In this document: positions 57,012 to 64,000 of the stretch, piece after piece
Position numbering within the stretch: the first letter of the stretch is position 1
Layout: the number at the start of each line of letters is the position of its first letter
Source: Devosia sp.
GTDB lineage: Bacteria; Pseudomonadota; Alphaproteobacteria; Rhizobiales; Devosiaceae
NCBI RefSeq assembly: GCF_036406155.1
Contig: NZ_DASWVV010000074.1
Location: 4,005 to 68,004 of the forward strand
Direction: 5' to 3'
DNA: 64,000 nt
Notes under the pieces: model-generated
The model's database searches: none
Told to the model about the DNA's origin: nothing
What the model saw: the letters and a program-made list of their open reading frames with translations, nothing else
Position numbers and translations under genes: made by a program

Positions 57012-57027
57012 GTCAACAGATGGTTAA
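57012..57027 (-). promoter_or_regulatory. CtrA-like site upstream of tolQ
   Basis: Minus strand TTAACCATCTGTTGAC = TTAA-N7-TTGAC, containing TTAACCAT. Confidence 0.55.
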
Positions 57028-57147
57028 GAAAGTGATTCCGGGCGGGCGGGCCGCTGCCCGCGGGCCAGGCCGGAACCCGATTTCGCGCCGCACGTTTGTC
57101 GGCATCGGCGTGCCCGTGGCGCGCGCTCTCAACAAGGGAGACTGTCG

Positions 57148-57588
57148 ATGCATCACTTCGTGAAGCCGTTGATGACTGCCGCAACGATAACGCTGTTGCT
57201 CTCGGTTGCCCCGGCGATGGCCGAAACCGTCAACCTGATGGCCGAGCTGACGGCGGCCAGCGAGGTGCCGCCCGCCGCCTCGACCGGCAGCGGCAAGCTC
57301 GAGGCTACCTTCGACACCGAGACCAAGGTGCTGACCTGGACCGTCACCTACGAGGGGCTGAGCGGCCCGGCGACGGCCGCACATTTCCACGGCCCGGCGG
57401 CCGAAGGCGAGAATGCTCCCCCCGCGCTGCCGATCGAAGGCGAACTCGCGAGCCCGATCACCGGCACCGCGACGCTGGACGAACAGCAGGCGACCGATGT
57501 GCAGGGCGGCAGCTGGTACTTCAACGTCCACACCGAGAAGTTCCCCGACGGCGAAATCCGCGGCCAGGTAGTGAAGGCCGCCATGTAG
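57148..57588 (+). CDS. Secreted CHRD-domain protein
   Basis: Signal peptide, EVPP, GLSGPATAAHFHGPA, YFNVHT..FPDGEIRGQ. Confidence 0.92.
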   Translation: MHHFVKPLMTAATITLLLSVAPAMAETVNLMAELTAASEVPPAASTGSGKLEATFDTETKVLTWTVTYEGLSGPATAAHFHGPAAEGENAPPALPIEGELASPITGTATLDEQQATDVQGGSWYFNVHTEKFPDGEIRGQVVKAAM

Positions 57589-57602
57589 CCGACTGGCAGG
57601 CC

Positions 57603-57629
57603 GAGGTGGCCGGGGTTCCCGGCCGCCTC
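57603..57629. terminator. Hairpin between the convergent CHRD and ybgC genes
   Basis: GAGGTGGCCGGG-gtt-CCCGGCCGCCTC inverted repeat. Confidence 0.55.
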
Positions 57630-57630
57630 C

Positions 57631-58023
57631 TCACCCCGCCAGCCGCCCCCGCAGCGCCTGGGGCAGCCGGGCGGGCCCGCCGCCCGTCCTGATGGCCACC
57701 ACGAGTACCTTGGCGTGGGCGATGCGGTCGCCGTGGCGACGGACAGTCTGGTCGAGTCGCAGCCGCGCCCCGGAGACGCTCTCGACCAGAGTCTCCACCT
57801 CCAGTTCGTCATCGATGTGCGCGCCGGCCTCGAATTCGATCTGCATCGAGCGCACGGCGAAGGCAATGCCGTCCCGTGCCAGCTCGGAATGGTGCACGCC
57901 GATCGAACGCAGGAACTCGGTGCGGCCGCGCTCGAAGAAGTGCAGATAGGCCGCATGGTAGACATTGCCGGAAAAGTCGGTGTCCTCGTAGTAGACGCGG
58001 ACGCGGAAGCTGTGGCTGTTCAC
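57631..58023 (-). CDS. ybgC: Tol-Pal-associated acyl-CoA thioesterase
   Basis: [28 protein letters not shown]. Confidence 0.93.
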   Translation of the reverse strand: MNSHSFRVRVYYEDTDFSGNVYHAAYLHFFERGRTEFLRSIGVHHSELARDGIAFAVRSMQIEFEAGAHIDDELEVETLVESVSGARLRLDQTVRRHGDRIAHAKVLVVAIRTGGGPARLPQALRGRLAG

Positions 58024-59069
58024 TCCGCCTCCCCCTCCCCCGGCTCCTCGAACAGGCTCGCCTGCAGGCCCATGAAGCCCTGCGGCACGCTCTTGCCCAG
58101 GTGCTGGAAGGCCAGCGCCGTGAGCAGGCGGCCGCGCGGCGTGCGCTGGATGAAGCCCTGCTGGATCAGATAGGGCTCGACGATCTCCTCGAGCGCGTCG
58201 CGCGGCTCGCTGAGCGCCGCGGCAATGGTTTCGATGCCGACAGGGCCGCCGCCGTAATGCTCGGCGATGGTGACGAGATAGCGCCGGTCGAGCTGGTCGA
58301 GCCCGCGCGCGTCGACGTCGAGGCGGAGCAGCGCCTTGTCGGCGACGCTGCGGGTAATCTCCTTCGCCCCTTCGACGAGCGCGAAATCGGTGACCCGGCG
58401 CAGGAGCCGCCCGGCGATGCGGGGGGTGCCGCGCGAACGGCGGGCAATCTCCATCGCCCCGTCCGGCGCCATGCCGATGCCGAGCAGGCGCGCGCCACGC
58501 TCGACGATCATGACCAGTTCCTCGGGCGTGTAGAAATTGAGCCGCACCGGGATGCCGAAACGGTCGCGCAACGGTGTCGTCAGCAGGCCCGCCCGCGTGG
58601 TCGCCCCCACCAGCGTGAACTTGGCCAGGTCGATGCGCACGGAGCGCGCCGCCGGGCCCTCGCCGATGATGAGGTCGAGCTGGTAGTCCTCCATGGCCGG
58701 ATAGAGGATTTCCTCGATCGCCGGGTTGAGCCGGTGGATCTCGTCGATGAACAGGACGTCGCGTTCCTCGAGATTGGTGAGCAGCGCGGCGAGGTCGCCG
58801 GCGCGCGCGATCACCGGCCCCGAGGTGGCGCGGAAGCCGACCCCGAGTTCGCGCGCGACGATCTGCGCCAGCGTGGTCTTGCCCAGCCCGGGTGGCCCGA
58901 CGAACAGCACGTGGTCGAGCGCCGCGCCGCGCTGCTTTGCCGCCTCGATGAAGACTTCGAGATTGGCGCGCGCCGCGGCCTGGCCGATGAACTCGGAGAA
59001 GCCGGAGGGGCGGAGCGAAACGTCGAGCGGATCGTCGCGGCCGGCCGCGGCGGAGGTCAGGGCGGTCAA
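58020..59069 (-). CDS. ruvB: Holliday junction branch migration helicase RuvB
   Basis: [30 protein letters not shown]. Confidence 0.97.
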   Translation of the reverse strand: MTALTSAAAGRDDPLDVSLRPSGFSEFIGQAAARANLEVFIEAAKQRGAALDHVLFVGPPGLGKTTLAQIVARELGVGFRATSGPVIARAGDLAALLTNLEERDVLFIDEIHRLNPAIEEILYPAMEDYQLDLIIGEGPAARSVRIDLAKFTLVGATTRAGLLTTPLRDRFGIPVRLNFYTPEELVMIVERGARLLGIGMAPDGAMEIARRSRGTPRIAGRLLRRVTDFALVEGAKEITRSVADKALLRLDVDARGLDQLDRRYLVTIAEHYGGGPVGIETIAAALSEPRDALEEIVEPYLIQQGFIQRTPRGRLLTALAFQHLGKSVPQGFMGLQASLFEEPGEGEAE

Positions 59070-59683
59070 CTGCTCAACTCCCTCAGGCCCAGCCGGATCA
59101 GCTTCTCGGTCGGCGTGCCATCGCCCTCGCGGCCGACGACGCGGGCCACCGCTGCCGAGGCCTGGGCACTGGAATAGCCGAGGTTTGAGAGCGCCGACAC
59201 GGCGTCGGCCACGTTGCCGGCAGCCACCCCCTCGCCCAGCGCCGCCTGCAGCCCGAGCACGCCCACGTCAACGCTGCCGAGGGCCGGCACCTTGCCCTTG
59301 AGCTCGGTGACGATGCGCAGCGCGAGCTTGGGCCCGACGCCGTTGGCGCGGCCGACCATGGCCTTGTCCTGCAGCGCGATGGCGCTCGCCAGTTCCGAGA
59401 CCGAGAGCACCGAGAGCACGGCCAGCGCCACGCGGGCGCCCACCCCCTGCACCGTCATCAGCGTCGTGAACCACGCCTTCTCGGCCTCGCTGGCGAAGCC
59501 GTAGAGCCGGATCATGTCCTCGCGCACGACCATCTCGACATGCAGCACGGCGGCATGGCCGACCTGCGGCAGCGCCCCGAGCGTGCGCGCCGAGCAGAAC
59601 GCCTCGTAGACCACCCCGCCCACGTCGATATGGACGAAATCGTCGCCGAAGCCGTCAACGAGACCCTTGAGCTTGCCGATCAT
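59066..59683 (-). CDS. ruvA: Holliday junction binding protein RuvA
   Basis: MIGKLKG, VRED..LYGF, HhH VQGVG and GVGPK, ALSNLGY. Confidence 0.96.
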   Translation of the reverse strand: MIGKLKGLVDGFGDDFVHIDVGGVVYEAFCSARTLGALPQVGHAAVLHVEMVVREDMIRLYGFASEAEKAWFTTLMTVQGVGARVALAVLSVLSVSELASAIALQDKAMVGRANGVGPKLALRIVTELKGKVPALGSVDVGVLGLQAALGEGVAAGNVADAVSALSNLGYSSAQASAAVARVVGREGDGTPTEKLIRLGLRELSS

Positions 59684-60183
59684 GCGCCGACGACCAGGCG
59701 GCGATGGGCGCGATGATGCGCGTGGCAGATGGCGATGGCCAGCGCATCGGCGGCATCGGCTCCCTTGAAGCTGGCGCCCGGCAGCAGCGTCCTGACCATC
59801 AGTTGCACCTGCTCCTTGTCGGCGTGGCCGGTGCCGACCACCGATTTCTTGACCAGATTGGCGGCGTACTCGCCCACCGGCAGTCCGAGCGCGGCCGGCG
59901 TCATCAGCGCGACACCGCGCGCCTGGCCGAGTTGCAGCGCAGAACGCGCGCCCTGGTTGACGAAGGTCTCCTCGACCGCGGCCTCCTCCGGACGGTACTC
60001 GCCGATCACGGCGCTGAGGCCGGCATGCAGGTCGGCCAGCCGCTGCGCCAGCGTCTGCGCCACGTCCGGCGTCAGCGTGCCGCACGCGACGAAGCCGAGC
60101 CGGTTGCCGCTCGACTCGATGATGCCCCACCCGCACCGCCTGAGGCCGGGATCGATGCCCATGATTCGCGTCACTTCACTCAT
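59680..60183 (-). CDS. ruvC: Crossover junction endodeoxyribonuclease RuvC
   Basis: [38 protein letters not shown]. Confidence 0.96.
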   Translation of the reverse strand: MSEVTRIMGIDPGLRRCGWGIIESSGNRLGFVACGTLTPDVAQTLAQRLADLHAGLSAVIGEYRPEEAAVEETFVNQGARSALQLGQARGVALMTPAALGLPVGEYAANLVKKSVVGTGHADKEQVQLMVRTLLPGASFKGADAADALAIAICHAHHRAHRRLVVGA

Positions 60184-60346
60184 GCCCAAGCTTTAGGCCA
60201 AGGCGGCGAGGCTACCAAGCGCCAAGTGAACAAACCGGAAACGGCGGGAGGAGAGGCGCGATCGGTACAATTGTAGCCATACGCACAACTACGGCTTCAG
60301 TCGTGGCGCGCTAGGGGAGGGCCGGGCGGATCGGGGGCCGCCGAAG

Positions 60347-61156
60347 ATGAGCATGAAAGACCTGCCCGCCGCCGCCTGGGCAACGATCTGGCGCTGGACC
60401 GCCATCCTCACGACGCTCTCCGTGGCGGCCTCGGTCGCCGTGTCGCATGTCCTGCTTTCCGGCCTGTCGCAAGGCCTCAGCGATGTCGGGCTGGCGGCCG
60501 CAGTGCTGCTGCCGGTGCTGCTGGGCGGCCCGATGACGTTCTGGCACCTGGTCCGCGTCCAGCAGTTGAAGCTGGCCAACGAGCGGCTGCAGGTGCTGGC
60601 GTCCACCGACTGGCTCACCGCGTCCCTCAACCGGCGTGCCTTCACCCAGCAGGTGTCGGCCCGCCTTACCTCCCCCGAGGCGCGGGAGGGGAGCAGCTGC
60701 GGTGCGCTACTGGTCATCGACGCCGACCACTTCAAGCTGGTCAACGACCTGTTCGGGCACGACCACGGCGATGCGGCCCTGCAGCGGATCGCCGAGGTCA
60801 TCCGCGCCAAGGTGCGCGAGAACGACCTGGTCTGCCGCATGGGAGGCGAGGAGTTCGGCGTGTTCCTGGACGGCGCCGACGCCGAAACCGCGGGGCTGAT
60901 CGCCGAGCGCATCCGCTATGGCGTCAACCGCATCGACTTCGCCCCGCACGGCGAGATTCACCCGCTCTCGGTCAGCATCGGCGCGGCCATGAGCGACGGC
61001 ACGGCCAGCTTCAGCGACCTGTTCCGCACCGCCGACCAGCACCTGTATGCGGCCAAGCGGGCCGGCCGCAACCGTTGCCGGCTCGCGGAGGGCCGGCCAC
61101 GGACGCCACCGGCTCCCGCCGCGGCCGGCGCCGCGATGCCGGCGGGAGGCCCGTGA
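60347..61156 (+). CDS. Membrane-anchored diguanylate cyclase (GGDEF)
   Basis: Two TMs, TDWLT..LNRR, DADHFKLVND, RxxD I-site (REND), GGEEF. Confidence 0.92.
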   Translation: MSMKDLPAAAWATIWRWTAILTTLSVAASVAVSHVLLSGLSQGLSDVGLAAAVLLPVLLGGPMTFWHLVRVQQLKLANERLQVLASTDWLTASLNRRAFTQQVSARLTSPEAREGSSCGALLVIDADHFKLVNDLFGHDHGDAALQRIAEVIRAKVRENDLVCRMGGEEFGVFLDGADAETAGLIAERIRYGVNRIDFAPHGEIHPLSVSIGAAMSDGTASFSDLFRTADQHLYAAKRAGRNRCRLAEGRPRTPPAPAAAGAAMPAGGP

Positions 61157-61165
61157 CGCGGCGGC

Positions 61166-61912
61166 TCAGCCCGCCAGTTTCTGGGCGTCCTCGTCGTCCA
61201 TCTCGAAATTGGCATAGACGTTCTGGACGTCGTCGTCGTCCTCGAGCAGGCCGATCAGCTTCATCAGCGTCGCGCCCTTTTCGGCGTCGACGGTCACGTA
61301 ATTCTGCGGCCGCCAGATGGCCTTGACCGATTCCGGCTCGCCCAGCGCCTTTTCGATGGCCGCCGCGGCCTCGCCCATGGCTTCGAACGAGGTGTAGATC
61401 CAGTGGCCCTCCTCGTCGCTCTCGACGTCGTCGGCACCCGCCTCGATGGCCGCCTCCATCACCGCATCGGCGCTGCCGGCCGCCGCCGGGTAGGCGATCT
61501 CGCCAACGCGGTCGAACATGAACGCTACCGAGTTGGACTCACCCAAGGCGCCGCCGTTCTTGGCAAAGGTCGAGCGCAGGTTGGAGGCGGTGCGGTTGCG
61601 GTTGTCGGTCAGCGCTTCGACGATCATCGCCACGCCGCCGGGGCCATAGCCCTCGTAGCGGATCTCCTCGTAGTTCTCGCCTTCCGAGCCGGTCGCCTTC
61701 TTGATGGCGCGGTCGATATTGTCCTTGGGCATCGACTGCGCCCGGGCATTGGCGACGGCGAGCCGCAGGCGGGCATTGAAGGCCGGGTCGGGCGCGCCCA
61801 GCTTGGCGGCCACGGTGATTTCGCGCGCCAGCTTGGAGAAGACCTTGGAGCGGGCAGCGTCGCTCTTGCCCTTGCGGTGCATGATGTTCTTGGCATGCGA
61901 ATGGCCAGCCAT
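61166..61912 (-). CDS. yebC: YebC/PmpR family protein
   Basis: [31 protein letters not shown]. Confidence 0.95.
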   Translation of the reverse strand: MAGHSHAKNIMHRKGKSDAARSKVFSKLAREITVAAKLGAPDPAFNARLRLAVANARAQSMPKDNIDRAIKKATGSEGENYEEIRYEGYGPGGVAMIVEALTDNRNRTASNLRSTFAKNGGALGESNSVAFMFDRVGEIAYPAAAGSADAVMEAAIEAGADDVESDEEGHWIYTSFEAMGEAAAAIEKALGEPESVKAIWRPQNYVTVDAEKGATLMKLIGLLEDDDDVQNVYANFEMDDEDAQKLAG

Positions 61913-62004
61913 CCGGGCATCCTTTTCGAACTGATCTGAAATGTCGGCGCTATATAGGCGGGGCGGGCCGGATTGTGAAGCCGCGCCACGCCCCGGCTCG
62001 AGGC

Positions 62005-62820
62005 TCAGAAGGCCGGCAGGGCCTGCGCCAGCGTACCGCCGATGCGGACCGGGCTGACCCGCAGGGCGAGGCCGCTGGTGGCGTCGGTTTCGATGGCCAC
62101 CCCGCACAGCGTCGCCTCCCCCTCGGCCGGCGTGAAGCGGCCCTGCGGAATGCCGGTGAGGAAGCGATTGAGCGGTTCCTCGGGGTCGACCCCGATGATC
62201 GAGTCGAAGTCTCCGCACATGCCGGCATCGGCCACCAGCGCCGTCCCACCCTTGAGGATGCGGTGGTCGGCGGTGGGAATGTGGGTGTGGGTGCCGACGA
62301 CGAGGCTCGCCCGCCCGTCGAGGAAGAACCCCATGCCCTGGATCTCCGAGGTGGCTTCGGTGTGGAAGTCCACCACCACGGCGTCGGCCTGCTCGCCCAG
62401 CGGGCAGACGGCGATGGCTGCCTCGACCGCCCGGAACGGATCGTCGATGGGCGGCATGAACACCCGGCCCAGGGCATTGATCACCAGCACGCGGTGGCCG
62501 TTGCGGCCTTCGATCAGGTTGGCGCCACGCCCCGGCGCACCCGGCGCCATGTTGAGGGGGCGCAGCAGCGTCGGCTCGCGCGCGATGTAGGACTGCGTAT
62601 CGCGCTGGTCGAAGGCATGGTCGCCGAGCGTCACCACGTCCGCCCCGGCCGCCCGCAATTCGTTGAAATGCGGCTCGGTGAGGCCCTTGCCGTGGCTGGC
62701 GTTTTCGCCGTTCACCACGACGAAATCGAACCGGTAGTCGCGGATCAGGCCCGGCAGCCGCTCCGCCACCGCGTCGCGCCCGGCGCGGCCGACGACGTCG
62801 CCCAGAAACAGGAGTCTCAT
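62005..62820 (-). CDS. ymdB: YmdB/TIGR00282 metallophosphoesterase
   Basis: [37 protein letters not shown]. Confidence 0.92.
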   Translation of the reverse strand: MRLLFLGDVVGRAGRDAVAERLPGLIRDYRFDFVVVNGENASHGKGLTEPHFNELRAAGADVVTLGDHAFDQRDTQSYIAREPTLLRPLNMAPGAPGRGANLIEGRNGHRVLVINALGRVFMPPIDDPFRAVEAAIAVCPLGEQADAVVVDFHTEATSEIQGMGFFLDGRASLVVGTHTHIPTADHRILKGGTALVADAGMCGDFDSIIGVDPEEPLNRFLTGIPQGRFTPAEGEATLCGVAIETDATSGLALRVSPVRIGGTLAQALPAF

Positions 62821-63413
62821 GGCGCCGCGGCCTGCCCGGTGAAGTGGCGGACGCCGTGCTCGGTGATCACGGCATCCAGCTGCAGGTCGTGGGCGGCGCG
62901 CGGCACGAGGTCGACCTCCTGCGCGGCAAAGGCGAAGCCGACGAGCCGCGGCTTGCGCTGCATGGCCGCGACCGTACGGTCGTAATAGCCGCCCCCGTAG
63001 CCGAGCCGGGTGCCGAGCCGATCGAAGCCGAGGAGCGGCACCAGCACCAGATCGGGCGTGGCCAAAGGCGCGCTTTCGTCCGGCGCCAGCGTGCCGAAGC
63101 CGGCGGGATAGAGCGGCGCCCCTTGCTGCCACAGGCGCATCGCCAGCGGCTGCTCGGGGCCGACGACGACGGGCAGGCAGACGCGCCAGCCCTCATCCAC
63201 GAGACGGGCCACGATCGGCCGGCAGTCGAGTTCGTCGCGGATGGGCCAGTAGGCGGCGACCACCTCCTCCGGGGCCAGCGGCACCTCGGCGAAGAAAAGG
63301 TCGGCGACGGCCGTGGCGGCGTCGCTCCGATGCGCCTCGAGGAACTGGGCACGCTGCCTGTGCGCCTGCGCCCTGAGCGCCGCCTTGGCAGCTTCGATCG
63401 TGGTGTCGTCCAT
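62817..63413 (-). CDS. ygfA: 5-formyltetrahydrofolate cyclo-ligase
   Basis: [40 protein letters not shown]. Confidence 0.93.
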   Translation of the reverse strand: MDDTTIEAAKAALRAQAHRQRAQFLEAHRSDAATAVADLFFAEVPLAPEEVVAAYWPIRDELDCRPIVARLVDEGWRVCLPVVVGPEQPLAMRLWQQGAPLYPAGFGTLAPDESAPLATPDLVLVPLLGFDRLGTRLGYGGGYYDRTVAAMQRKPRLVGFAFAAQEVDLVPRAAHDLQLDAVITEHGVRHFTGQAAAP

Positions 63414-63447
63414 GGCCACCCGGGCGCGCGAGTTAACGCGAGTAAAG

Positions 63448-63600
63448 GTGCCGCCCTGGCCGTGGGATATTCGATCCCGGGAACCTACCTGAGTAGGTGG
63501 GCGCCGTGTGTCCGGACCCACGGGCCCGGTCAGGGACAGCTCCCTTTGAGATCGATAAGGCCCCGGGGATATTGATGATCCATCACGCACCGGGCAGCAC
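63448..63600 (-). ncRNA. ssrS: 6S RNA
   Basis: Lies in the conserved zapA-ssrS-ygfA position; ends pair (GTGCTGCCCGG / CCAGGGCGGCAC); internal AATATCCCCGGGGCC and CACGGCGCCCACCT segments typical of alphaproteobacterial 6S. Confidence 0.88.
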
Positions 63601-63656
63601 ACCGAGATATAGTGCGTCGGCGCCGGGGTGCAAAGTCAAGATTGCGCGGGCCCGGA

Positions 63657-64000
63657 TCAGGTGGAACTGGGACCAGCCCCCGTCTCGTCGATGGCGGTGG
63701 CGATGGCCTCGACCTTGCGGGCCGCCTCGTTGAGGCGCTTGGCGAACTTGCGCTCGAGTTCCTCGGCCTCGCGCGTCAGCGCCTCGCCCGCCGCGGCGAG
63801 GTTGGCGACGTCCTGCTTGAGCAGCGCGATCTTGCGCTCGGCCTCGGCCAGTTCATCGAGCACGGCGATGCCGGCCATGACGGTGAGACGGTTGTCCCCG
63901 ATCTCGCCGAAATCGCCCTTGAACGCCTCTATGTGGCTGTTGAAGCGCTCGGCCAGGCCCAGCAGGTGCGTCTCCTGGCCGTCCTCGCAGGCCATCCGGT
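63657..64000 (-). CDS. zapA: Cell division protein ZapA (5' end outside window)
   Basis: RMACEDGQETHL, FGEIGDNRLTVMAGI, C-terminal coiled coil. Confidence 0.9.
   Translation of the reverse strand, partial: RMACEDGQETHLLGLAERFNSHIEAFKGDFGEIGDNRLTVMAGIAVLDELAEAERKIALLKQDVANLAAAGEALTREAEELERKFAKRLNEAARKVEAIATAIDETGAGPSST

Overview
GC-rich alphaproteobacterial chromosomal window, probably Hyphomicrobiales (Devosia-like gene content and order; this is inference). No IS, prophage, CRISPR, tRNA or rRNA was seen. (1) 0.9-22.5 kb: an accessory island carrying five FNR/FixK-type boxes, each spaced like a class II promoter. They precede a stand-alone flavodoxin, divergent ppsA / glk-fbaB-pfkB genes, a PolX-N-like HhH protein coupled to a CapA-like metallophosphoesterase, a small divergent protein, and a cytochrome c + MacAB-like ABC operon. 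A glucose-type ABC operon in this island has a binding-protein gene that lacks its start codon. (2) 22.5-26.6 kb: SH3 protein, efp/epmA/epmB and a single-domain response regulator. (3) 26.6-45.4 kb: carbohydrate region with a sugar ABC + FGGY kinase, a DUF707-like/epimerase/glf cassette, and an uncharacterised SgcQ(BtpA)-M42-FGGY-RbsD/FucU-creatininase-ABC catabolic cluster interrupted by higBA. (4) 45.4-64 kb: core genes (beta-barrel OMP with CtrA boxes, glmM, ftsH, tilS, cpoB, pal, tolBARQ, ybgC, ruvBAC, yebC, ymdB, 5-FTHF cyclo-ligase, 6S RNA, zapA). The best candidates for undescribed biology are the hypoxia-box island, especially the HhH + phosphoesterase pair and the EMP/PpsA module, and the Sgc-like catabolic cluster. 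All family calls come from motif recognition by eye; no database searches were run.
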